A model generated the notes under the pieces. That model was not told the DNA's origin and searched no databases. It worked only from the letters and a program-made list of their open reading frames with translations. A DNA stretch of 55,899 bases, from the IMG/VR virus record IMGVR_UViG_3300023174_003189, positions 1 to 55,899 of that record; one strand, given 5' to 3'. The position numbers and the translations under genes were made by a program. The DNA is from a virus. Lineage: Duplodnaviria > Caudoviricetes. Within the stretch, counting starts at the first letter, position 1, and the number at the start of each line of letters is the position of its first letter. Shown in pieces: positions 9,747 to 17,298 of this stretch.

Positions 9747-10459
9747 TACCATTCTCCAGACCAATGTTTAATATTAAATTCAGCATAAAATTTTTTTTTT
9801 AAATTTTCCCAATCCATATTTTTTTCACCTTTATAAATTATCGTATCGTTTGGAGGGCTTTCTCTGTATGTTTTAATGAAAGGTATCTTTTGTAAATAAT
9901 CACGCATCTGATTAAATTTTTCAACACCAGGATTTGTGTTAATCATTTCACCAAACACCACCATGGTTACCGCATGCATATATGTTTGTGGCCCTAAAAA
10001 GAAAACATTTGTGTGTCCTTCATATCGTCTTTTTAAGATCAACTCAATCGTTTGTGCTTGAATAGGATTTTTTGGTTCAGTCAACATGAAGTCTTGTGAA
10101 AAATCCCAATCCAAACAAGTTGGTAATACACATTTTATGCCATCAGTTACAACTTCTGATAAAGGCACATTGTAAAATCGGTCAATATCCATATAAAGAC
10201 CACCTTCATTATATAATTTAAACAACCTCCATAGATCGCTTTTCTCAACTATATGTATATTTTTAATTAAATTGTAATCTCTTTTGTTTAAAGTGGTTCT
10301 AAGATGCTCATCGATTTCATTATCATCATATACGGTGACTTTCCAATCTGGATTCATATCAATCAAATTACGCAAACCATTAAGTATGAGTGGTGATTGA
10401 CTATTCACCACATCTTTAGTTTTCCATGCAACGTGTGCAATTTTTGGTATGGAGCTCAT
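9746..10459 (-). CDS. DXD glycosyltransferase (OCH1/GT32-like)
   Basis: IPKIAHVAW, KSDLWRL..LYNEGGLYMDID, GP motif; likely start MSSIPK. Confidence 0.85.
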   Translation of the reverse strand: MSSIPKIAHVAWKTKDVVNSQSPLILNGLRNLIDMNPDWKVTVYDDNEIDEHLRTTLNKRDYNLIKNIHIVEKSDLWRLFKLYNEGGLYMDIDRFYNVPLSEVVTDGIKCVLPTCLDWDFSQDFMLTEPKNPIQAQTIELILKRRYEGHTNVFFLGPQTYMHAVTMVVFGEMINTNPGVEKFNQMRDYLQKIPFIKTYRESPPNDTIIYKGEKNMDWENLKKKFYAEFNIKHWSGEW

Positions 10460-10467
10460 TATAAATA
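10460..10467 (+). promoter_or_regulatory. gp55 late promoter TATAAATA for dnaJ
   Basis: Exact T4 late consensus 5 nt before the ATG. Confidence 0.65.
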
Positions 10468-10472
10468 AAATT

Positions 10473-11078
10473 ATGAATACAAACTTATATGATATTTTAG
10501 GCGTTTCTAAAAATGCAACATTTGAAGAAATTAAAGCCAAATACAAATCTCTTGCTCAGCAACACCATCCAGATAAAGGTGGTGATTCCGAATTATTTAA
10601 ACAAATAAAAAATGCTTACGAAATACTTAGTGATCCTATAAACAGAAAAAGATACGATACTACAGGACAATTTGAAACCAAATCAAGTTTACGAGATTCT
10701 GCTCTAGAGCAACTTAGTCGAATATTTTTCAATATAATATCAAATATTAACCCCGAAACTGATGATCCGATTCTTATTATGAAAAATGAAAGCAGGCGAG
10801 AAAAAGAAAATGTTAATCATAATATAAATGAATGTAATGGCCGTATGTTCAAATTAAAAAAAATAATCAATAAAATTAAAAGAAAAAATAATGATGGTGA
10901 AAATTTATTAAAGATGTTTGCTGAAAATCAATTAAAGAACCACGAAAATGAATTACAAAATTATATTAGGCAAATACAAATAATTGACACCATAATAGAA
11001 ATACTTGAAGATTATCAATATGGTGATGTTACAACTTTAATTGAAAACTTTATGAATCCTTCTCCTGAACAAGTATAA
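10473..11078 (+). CDS. J-domain (DnaJ-like) protein
   Basis: LYDILGV...HHPDKGG...AYEILSDP..RKRYD. Confidence 0.9.
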   Translation: MNTNLYDILGVSKNATFEEIKAKYKSLAQQHHPDKGGDSELFKQIKNAYEILSDPINRKRYDTTGQFETKSSLRDSALEQLSRIFFNIISNINPETDDPILIMKNESRREKENVNHNINECNGRMFKLKKIINKIKRKNNDGENLLKMFAENQLKNHENELQNYIRQIQIIDTIIEILEDYQYGDVTTLIENFMNPSPEQV

Positions 11079-11082
11079 TTAC

Positions 11083-11158
11083 TGGCTGTCTTGGCTGGGC
11101 TCGAACCAGCGACCCAATGATTAACAGTCATTTGCTCTACCGACTGAGCTACAAGACA
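11083..11158 (-). tRNA. tRNA-Asn(GTT)
   Basis: Canonical 76-nt cloverleaf with CCA. Confidence 0.95.
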
Positions 11159-11162
11159 ATTT

Positions 11163-11238
11163 TGGTGCCCCAACCATGACTCGAACACGGGACCTACTGA
11201 TTACAAATCAGTTGCTCTACCAACTGAGCTATTAGGGC
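11163..11238 (-). tRNA. tRNA-Thr(TGT)
   Basis: Canonical 76-nt cloverleaf with CCA. Confidence 0.95.
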
Positions 11239-11395
11239 TTTTTCTTGCGAGTGCGTTTCTAATTTTTGCTTTGATTTTTGGCTTGCTCGATTCTTCCAAC
11301 ATTTTTGTTAGTTGAGCAATATTTAGAGGACCTAATCGTGGTTTACCAGTTTTGGTCAGCATTGAATTTTTTTTCTTCGATTTGGAAACTGCCAT
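11201..11395 (-). CDS. Small basic protein whose 3' end overlaps tRNA-Thr
   Basis: AAGGA SD, Lys-rich 64 aa; stop codon lies in the tRNA anticodon loop. Confidence 0.6.
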   Translation of the reverse strand: MAVSKSKKKNSMLTKTGKPRLGPLNIAQLTKMLEESSKPKIKAKIRNALARKSPNSSVGRATDL

Positions 11396-11414
11396 AATAT
11401 AGTCCTTAGGAATT

Positions 11415-11484
11415 TGGAGCGGTGGCTTAGATTCGCACTAAGTGAGTAGATTGGACACCTACTCTGGTTCTATACCCCGACCGC
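11415..11484 (-). ncRNA. Atypical tRNA-Gly(TCC)-like RNA, 70 nt
   Basis: GCGG/CCGC acceptor, U73, CCA, TCC-centred 7-nt loop, 5-bp T-stem with TGCGAAT loop, reduced D-arm. Confidence 0.7.
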
Positions 11485-11501
11485 ATAAAAGAATTATAAC
11501 A

Positions 11502-12038
11502 TTATATAGGTTGATTGTCAATACTTATTTGTGGTACATTTCGCCAAGCTATTGGTTCTGGTGTTAGAGCTGCATCTGGATTACGGATATCTGAAAATAC
11601 TTCCCACAGTTTTTCTTTAATGGCAAACTTACTAAACAAACCAATCGATACGCCATATGCTTCTATTTCCCATGGTTCATCATAGTAATCTATATTTTCG
11701 GTAATTCTTTGGCCTCGCCAACGAGTACCATATTCATTTGTTTCACCGTAGGCATATTGCTTGACATGAACCATTTCATGTGCTAATGTTTCTAATATGT
11801 CATGTGAACCAGCAATTGGATTCAATTCAATTTGAAACTCTCTAGGTTTATTGCTTTCATTATAGTTAATAACATCTGCATAACCTAAAGCATCTATTTT
11901 AGAATCAAATTTAATACGGACAAAAATGTTTTCCAACATCTTTGGTGTCATTAATTGTTCAGCATAAAAAAAGGCAGCACGCTTCACAAACGGCCGAAAG
12001 CGTTTCTTATCGGGACATCCGATTATACTGAGTTGCAT
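11502..12038 (-). CDS. Zincin-like metallopeptidase
   Basis: LAHEMVHVKQY (HExxH) and PWEIEAY; TAAATA upstream at 12075-12080. Confidence 0.75.
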   Translation of the reverse strand: MQLSIIGCPDKKRFRPFVKRAAFFYAEQLMTPKMLENIFVRIKFDSKIDALGYADVINYNESNKPREFQIELNPIAGSHDILETLAHEMVHVKQYAYGETNEYGTRWRGQRITENIDYYDEPWEIEAYGVSIGLFSKFAIKEKLWEVFSDIRNPDAALTPEPIAWRNVPQISIDNQPI

Positions 12039-12088
12039 CTGAGGTTTCTCCTGTGAAAACCGACACTTCTCAAATATTTAGGTGCTCT

Positions 12089-12535
12089 CTAGATTTCACC
12101 AGGTGAAATTTGTTCTACTTCAACACCACAATTGTTTAAGAAGTCTATGCCGATGGTATCTCTATAAGAATTTCGGTAATATACCTTTCTAATACCAGCG
12201 GTATAGACTTGTTTGGCACAATGAATACAAGGAGCATGGGTCAGGAACATGGTGGATCCATCTCCAGATTCACTACCTCTAGCCAGTTTGGCTATGGCAT
12301 TAGCCTCTGCGTGGATCACTTCGTCCTTGGTTTTGGTGATAACTCCACCATCCTCATGTATTTCTACCACTTCTTCACACTCATTGGTCCATCCGGCAGG
12401 CATACCATTATAACCAATGGATATGATTCTATCATCTTTGACAATGATAGCACCAACCTGTAATCGTTTGGCGGATGATAACTTGGCGAATCTTTCTGCC
12501 ACATCCATATAAGCGTCAATAAATTTTTGTTTCAT
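12089..12535 (-). CDS. cd: dCMP deaminase
   Basis: GYNG, HAEANAI, PCIHC; likely start MKQKF. Confidence 0.93.
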   Translation of the reverse strand: MKQKFIDAYMDVAERFAKLSSAKRLQVGAIIVKDDRIISIGYNGMPAGWTNECEEVVEIHEDGGVITKTKDEVIHAEANAIAKLARGSESGDGSTMFLTHAPCIHCAKQVYTAGIRKVYYRNSYRDTIGIDFLNNCGVEVEQISPGEI

Positions 12536-12540
12536 AGTTT

Positions 12541-12617
12541 TGGTGGGCCTTGTAGGACTCGAACCTACGACCAAAGGATTATGAGTCCTCTGCTCTAACC
12601 AACTGAGCTAAAGGCCC
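12541..12617 (-). tRNA. tRNA-Ile2(CAT), lysidine type (or elongator Met)
   Basis: GGGCCTT/AAGGCCC acceptor, CTCATAA loop, resembles bacterial ileX. Confidence 0.85.
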
Positions 12618-12624
12618 CTTTGGT

Positions 12625-12798
12625 CTACCAACTACCGTCATCGACCCATATTCGAATCGTGATGGGTAATAATTCAATAATATATGATGTTGAAATTTCC
12701 CAAGCATCATTCTCACTACCTCTACTGCAAGCTATTCTCCAATGAAATGGATTCAGCTTCAATGTAATATTACAGCCTGAATATTTTAACCAATTCAT
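12625..12798 (-). CDS. 57-aa hypothetical (MNWLKYSGCNITLKLNPFHW...)
   Basis: Manual translation, ATGA overlap with the upstream ORF. Confidence 0.55.
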   Translation of the reverse strand: MNWLKYSGCNITLKLNPFHWRIACSRGSENDAWEISTSYIIELLPITIRIWVDDGSW

Positions 12799-13022
12799 TT
12801 ATACATTTCCATAACAGGTTCAGGAATATTGAATTGACTACGAATATATTTTTCTTTCATCATGTGTGGAATGTTTAGATATGGTTCTTCTAAAAGAAAT
12901 GGGCAAGGTTCTCCCCATTTATTTTCAGCCATAAACTTTTTAAACAATTCAATATCCTTTTTATTCTTAGGATCGAACTGCCTTTTTTGATTGTTCATTA
13001 ATTGGTAATTATTAAGAATCAT
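12795..13022 (-). CDS. Hypothetical protein
   Basis: 75-aa ORF in a coupled operon. Confidence 0.6.
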   Translation of the reverse strand: MILNNYQLMNNQKRQFDPKNKKDIELFKKFMAENKWGEPCPFLLEEPYLNIPHMMKEKYIRSQFNIPEPVMEMYK

Positions 13023-13213
13023 TTCACATACTCCATGCTGTCTTTTTTCATGTAATGAACGACCTGATTTTTCTTGGGATCAGGCATTTGTTTTACTACA
13101 GGAATAAATTTCTCGCCATCGATTTCTTCAACTGGCCAGTTAGAATATGTGTAGAAGATATCCGTGCCATTTCTAGCACGAACTTTTTTGAGAATAGGTT
13201 TTGATTTTTTCAT
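13019..13213 (-). CDS. Hypothetical early protein
   Basis: Immediately downstream of a sigma70 promoter. Confidence 0.6.
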   Translation of the reverse strand: MKKSKPILKKVRARNGTDIFYTYSNWPVEEIDGEKFIPVVKQMPDPKKNQVVHYMKKDSMEYVK

Positions 13214-13222
13214 AATATAATA

Positions 13223-13251
13223 ATTGTATCACAGGAATAGGGGGTTGTCAA
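13223..13251 (-). promoter_or_regulatory. Sigma70-type promoter
   Basis: TTGACA-17bp-TACAAT. Confidence 0.8.
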
Positions 13252-13260
13252 GACCCCCTA
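13238..13260 (-). terminator. Hairpin downstream of hsp20, with the -35 box in its loop
   Basis: TAGGGGGT-CTTGACA-ACCCCCTA; weak U tract. Confidence 0.5.
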
Positions 13261-13265
13261 TATGT

Positions 13266-13331
13266 TTACCGATTTTTTGGATAATTCAACTGTTCCCATT
13301 CCTCATCGGATACGGGCCACCAGTTAGTCAT
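13266..13331 (-). CDS. 21-aa peptide MTNWWPVSDEEWEQLNYPKNR
   Basis: Start overlaps the hsp20 stop; AAGGA upstream. Confidence 0.35.
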   Translation of the reverse strand: MTNWWPVSDEEWEQLNYPKNR

Positions 13332-13788
13332 CTTTCTTTTCCTTGATGGCAATCTTTTTAATGGTATCTTGAGTTTGCACAAGATTTTCTAACCATACAC
13401 GCAACATACCATTTACCATTTCAGCCTGACCAATTTCAATCTTGTCAGCGATAGTGAATGAACGTGTGAAGTTACGGTTAGCGATTCCCTTAAAGAGGAA
13501 GTTTTCTTCTTCTTTGAGTTCATCTTCTTTTGCAGCACCCTTGATGACCAATTTATTACCTTCAAGTGTGATTTCAATATCAGACTTGGCAAAACCAGCA
13601 ACTGCCATTTCAATGACATACTTGTTCTTGCTTACTTGTTTGATATTGTATGGGGGATACGATGGTACATTCTTGGCAACGTTTTTAGTAACTTCTTCGA
13701 TGTCTTTGAAGAATTTATCGTAACCAACGGTGAATGGATCCAGCGTTTTGTGAAAGTCAAATAGACTTGGTAATAGACTTGTGGTCAT
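13324..13788 (-). CDS. hsp20: Small heat shock protein Hsp20 (IbpA-like)
   Basis: YPPYNI, IEMAVAGF, FKGIANRNFTRSF, NGML. Confidence 0.95.
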   Translation of the reverse strand: MTTSLLPSLFDFHKTLDPFTVGYDKFFKDIEEVTKNVAKNVPSYPPYNIKQVSKNKYVIEMAVAGFAKSDIEITLEGNKLVIKGAAKEDELKEEENFLFKGIANRNFTRSFTIADKIEIGQAEMVNGMLRVWLENLVQTQDTIKKIAIKEKKDD

Positions 13789-13794
13789 ATAATG

Positions 13795-13843
13795 CTCCTT
13801 AGTTAAGCGAGTTAATCAAAATTATAGGCCCCTGAGGCACCTA
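13795..13843 (-). promoter_or_regulatory. ROSE-like RNA thermometer in the hsp20 5' UTR
   Basis: CTCGCTT pairs with the AAGGAG SD with a bulged G; additional upstream hairpin. Confidence 0.55.
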
Positions 13844-13849
13844 CATCCA

Positions 13850-13880
13850 TATTTATAACACAATTTATCTTAAATGTCAA
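13850..13880 (-). promoter_or_regulatory. Composite sigma70 and late promoter for hsp20
   Basis: TTGACA-17bp-TATAAATA. Confidence 0.7.
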
Positions 13881-13891
13881 TACTTTTGGTA

Positions 13892-14305
13892 TTAAAAATT
13901 ATCTTTTTTAACTTTATTACCAATATTATACTTTGGTATTAATTGCCATTCACCCTTTTCTTTATGAGAAAGAATCTTTACCTGTGATAGGAATATTGGT
14001 TCTGGTGTTTGTGTAGATTTTTTATCAACCAAAGTGATTAGACCCCAATCTTGTAATAGATTGGCAATCGTATTTCTGCGAGATAAATCATTTTCACTAA
14101 TATCGGTTGGTTTGCCATCTAAAGCAAACAATTCTTTGAAGTGAACAATATAATACTTTCCTTGCTTATGTAAAATATGGCAAGATTGATATAGTATTTT
14201 TTCTTTTTTAGAAGCGACACCAATACGGGTGAGTGTTTCTCTAACCTTTAGAAAATCGTCTTGTTGATTCAAAGTCACTTCAACCAAATCTGTAATATTA
14301 ATCAT
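13892..14305 (-). CDS. regA: Translational repressor RegA
   Basis: DFLKVRETLTRIGVAS, LYQSCHILHKQGKYYIVHFKELF. Confidence 0.97.
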   Translation of the reverse strand: MINITDLVEVTLNQQDDFLKVRETLTRIGVASKKEKILYQSCHILHKQGKYYIVHFKELFALDGKPTDISENDLSRRNTIANLLQDWGLITLVDKKSTQTPEPIFLSQVKILSHKEKGEWQLIPKYNIGNKVKKDNF

Positions 14306-14691
14306 TACTTAACTCCGCCTTTATCTGTTTTTCTTTTTATTTCAGCGATTTGTTCGTCAGTAAGAATTCGTAAAGCCTCTTTGGCTTTTTCATTGGAATA
14401 ACCAAAATATATCTTTACACATTCTATATTCTTGTCGACCTCTGATTTCTGCCACGGTTGGAATTTCCGTTTCATAGGCCTGATGGTATTTAGAAGATAT
14501 TGATATTGAAGGTCTTTTTCTAGACTTGGGTGCTTATTCAACTCATTGACATATAATACACAGTCCATGTGATAGGATAAGGCTCGGTTGATGATATATG
14601 GGTTATAATCTCTATAGTCCAACTCATCACGAAATACACTTTTCTTCTTCTCTAGTATGGACGGAAGAATTTCTTTGAATAAATCTGGCAT
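14305..14691 (-). CDS. gp62: Clamp loader small subunit gp62
   Basis: YNPYIINRALS, YFGYSNEKAKEAL; synteny. Confidence 0.92.
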   Translation of the reverse strand: MPDLFKEILPSILEKKKSVFRDELDYRDYNPYIINRALSYHMDCVLYVNELNKHPSLEKDLQYQYLLNTIRPMKRKFQPWQKSEVDKNIECVKIYFGYSNEKAKEALRILTDEQIAEIKRKTDKGGVK

Positions 14692-14692
14692 C

Positions 14693-15145
14693 TTAATATC
14701 CTGATACCGTATATTTCATCATTTCTGTCAATGTACCATCATCAACCTTTTGAATTGGTGTAACAGCTTCTTGTTCAATGTCAATCAAAATCATATCACG
14801 ACCATCTTTGGTGTAATAATTTCTTGTTTTAAATGATTTGGGATCAACTTTAAATAACCAACCAGCATACTTATAGCTATGTCTGGCTGCCGGCACCGTG
14901 ACAAAATACAACTCATCAACACCACGGCATTTACGTAATTGATTGGGTTTGATTGTGATTGCCTTTTCTTTGATGAAAGGTACCTGTGTTTTTACTTCAA
15001 TTGTTTTGCCATCACCTGTCAAATCTTTTTTACTATCAAAATGATTGAGTGCTTGTTCAACAATCACACCTTGTTTGGCTAAATAGTTACTTACGTATTT
15101 CTCACCCATACGGCCAAGAATGTCCATCATCTGTGAACGATCCAT
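14693..15145 (-). CDS. PD-(D/E)xK nuclease-like protein
   Basis: GRMGEKYV...KDL...IEVKTQ motif spacing. Confidence 0.55.
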   Translation of the reverse strand: MDRSQMMDILGRMGEKYVSNYLAKQGVIVEQALNHFDSKKDLTGDGKTIEVKTQVPFIKEKAITIKPNQLRKCRGVDELYFVTVPAARHSYKYAGWLFKVDPKSFKTRNYYTKDGRDMILIDIEQEAVTPIQKVDDGTLTEMMKYTVSGY

Positions 15146-15153
15146 AATAACTC

Positions 15154-16086
15154 CTATTTAAAAGAACAATCAACCATAATTTCTGTTAAACAGGCAATCA
15201 TATTGATTTCGTGGTCAGCCACAAAGGCAGATTGATATTGATACTTAGCAAGAATAAGAACCAATTGAGGTACAGAATCAGCACTCAATTCTTCATATAA
15301 TGAGTCATATAGTTTTCGATACACTTTGATTGGATCATTATCCAAATTATTAGTGACCCATTTACGTGCTGCTGCAAAATCTTTTTCTTTAAGTGCTTTG
15401 ATTAAGGCTTCAAGTTGAATATCAGCAACATTAGAAAGAATACCAGAATCAATGGAGCCAGAAGCTGAGTATCGCTGGAGTTCATTAAGAATTCTTCGAT
15501 TGTCCGGAAAATGTTTGGTGATGACTGCGGCAACAACGTCTTTGGAGTATTTGATTCCTTCTTGTGAAAGGATGTTTTCAACCCGCTTAAAAAACTGTGA
15601 CGCCAATTTTGGTTTAGAACCGTTGATTTTAAAATCGATAACAGAACAACGGGAATGGATCGGATCGATGATCCTATTTTTGAAATTGCAAGTGAAAATG
15701 AACGAGCAGTTTGATGCAAATTCTTCAATGGCTCCTCGTAGAGCAGGTTGAGTTGAGTTAGGATTGAGATAATCAGCCTCATCAATGATGACAACTTTTC
15801 TCCCACCCATAAGCGACATTGAAGAAGCATAGTTCTTAATTTTGTTACGTAAGACATCAATACCAGACTCATCAGAACCATTGATGATAATGTAATCGCA
15901 ACCAACCTCATTACACAATGCTTTAGCAACTGTTGTTTTTCCAACACCTGCCGTACCAGATAAAAGAAGATTTGGTATTTCTTTTCTCTTAACGAACTCC
16001 TGAAAAGTTTCCTTGAGCGCATCGGGAAGAATACAATCTTCAATTTTTTGTGGTCGATACTTCTCGACCCATAATAAATGTTTCAT
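15154..16086 (-). CDS. gp44: Clamp loader ATPase gp44
   Basis: LWVEKYRP, GTAGVGKT, IIDEAD, SRC. Confidence 0.97.
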   Translation of the reverse strand: MKHLLWVEKYRPQKIEDCILPDALKETFQEFVKRKEIPNLLLSGTAGVGKTTVAKALCNEVGCDYIIINGSDESGIDVLRNKIKNYASSMSLMGGRKVVIIDEADYLNPNSTQPALRGAIEEFASNCSFIFTCNFKNRIIDPIHSRCSVIDFKINGSKPKLASQFFKRVENILSQEGIKYSKDVVAAVITKHFPDNRRILNELQRYSASGSIDSGILSNVADIQLEALIKALKEKDFAAARKWVTNNLDNDPIKVYRKLYDSLYEELSADSVPQLVLILAKYQYQSAFVADHEINMIACLTEIMVDCSFK

Positions 16087-16122
16087 TCAAAACTCCCATA
16101 ATATAATATACAACAACTACAA

Positions 16123-16311
16123 TTATTTCAATTGACCTTGAATTTGGCCAACGACTTCAAGTAATCCCATATCAACCACAACATTTCCTGTGGTTGTATT
16201 AATAACAGTAAATTCACCTTCTTCAGTCTTTGAAGAAAATACCACCACAACGTAATTGGGATTAACAGCAATCGCTTGTTTTGTTTGTGCGTCTGTAAAA
16301 TATAATAACAT
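16123..16311 (-). CDS. Hypothetical protein
   Basis: Short ORF between gp45 and gp44; likely start MLLYF. Confidence 0.55.
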   Translation of the reverse strand: MLLYFTDAQTKQAIAVNPNYVVVVFSSKTEEGEFTVINTTTGNVVVDMGLLEVVGQIQGQLK

Positions 16312-16312
16312 A

Positions 16313-16984
16313 TTATTCTTCAAACTTAGAGTATTTGGCTTCAGTCGCTACAAAGTATTTAATATCTTGGCTCTTATTTGTAAAGAGTGAGAGTCCTTTA
16401 GATGAAATCTGCACATCATATGCACCAGGAATCATTCGCAAATTTTCTGTTAAGAAAACCATTTTGTATTTTTGACCATTACCTGTACCAACTTCAATTG
16501 TATTTGTGTGTGCGGACGAATCTTTAACATCAAAACTTGTTAAGTTAATGGTGTTACCTTCAGATTCAACCATAATGTTAGGAGATTGTAAAGCATTAGT
16601 GACCTTCATCAAAGAATCAAAATCATCTTTTGATAGTGTGAATGTGATATCAACAGATGGTAATGTCAATTCTTTTTCTGGTGGAATTAAAATACTTTCT
16701 TTTTCCGTTTTACGATACTTAGTTTTATTACGGCCGAATTTAAAAATAATATTGATATCGTCAAACTCAATATCGGTATCTTTGCCAATCGAATGAATGT
16801 TTAGAAACTGGTTCAAATCATAAACACAGAAATCTTGTGGAAAAGAATCTTTCAATGTGGCTTCAGCCAAAACATTCTTTCCTGTAGAAATGGTTTTGAT
16901 TTTATTGCCGGCTTTAAACTGAATGCCAGAATTTAATTTGGCAAAATTTTGTAATACGCTTAGTGTTTCACTTGATAACTTCAT
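16313..16984 (-). CDS. gp45: Sliding clamp gp45
   Basis: MKLSSETLSVLQNFAKLN, YDLNQFL; synteny. Confidence 0.95.
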   Translation of the reverse strand: MKLSSETLSVLQNFAKLNSGIQFKAGNKIKTISTGKNVLAEATLKDSFPQDFCVYDLNQFLNIHSIGKDTDIEFDDINIIFKFGRNKTKYRKTEKESILIPPEKELTLPSVDITFTLSKDDFDSLMKVTNALQSPNIMVESEGNTINLTSFDVKDSSAHTNTIEVGTGNGQKYKMVFLTENLRMIPGAYDVQISSKGLSLFTNKSQDIKYFVATEAKYSKFEE

Positions 16985-17004
16985 TGTTTTCTCCATTATA
17001 AAAA

Positions 17005-17298
17005 TTACTGCTTCGAATATATTGTATCATGTTCATATAAAAACATCAAGCAGCACATTGCGTGTGCCAAGTGATGTATACCAGATTCAGGATCGAATTC
17101 TTCACCACGTTTCCATGCCCATAGGTGGCGTTGTAGAGCATCAAAGTATCTGCGTTTGGAGTCTGGTACTTTTTGCCAATTATCTCTTTCATATTTCTGA
17201 GCACCAAATGTTAATACTTTGACCGTTTCTTCTAATGCATATGGTGGCAATAAACCATATTCTAATTTACCACCATCAAATTTACGACCTTCTGGCAT
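17005..17298 (-). CDS. DUF5664 dATP/dGTP diphosphohydrolase-like protein
   Basis: GRKFDGGK, GAQKY..DNW, RHL, DPESGIHHLAHA. Confidence 0.85.
   Translation of the reverse strand: MPEGRKFDGGKLEYGLLPPYALEETVKVLTFGAQKYERDNWQKVPDSKRRYFDALQRHLWAWKRGEEFDPESGIHHLAHAMCCLMFLYEHDTIYSKQ

Noticed and set aside
10460-10546. Overlapping head-to-head extensions of the GT and dnaJ ORFs
   Set aside because: Domain homology begins at MSSIPK (10459) and MNTNLY (10473)
12536-12574. N-terminal extension of dCMP deaminase into tRNA-Ile2
   Set aside because: ORF-caller artefact; the ATG at 12535 gives a normal-length protein
15402-16043. 213-aa alternative-frame ORF inside gp44
   Set aside because: Leu/Ser-rich off-frame composition, fully nested in a conserved gene
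17005-17298. Z-genome (2-aminoadenine) system
   Set aside because: No purZ-like gene in this window; DUF5664 alone is insufficient evidence
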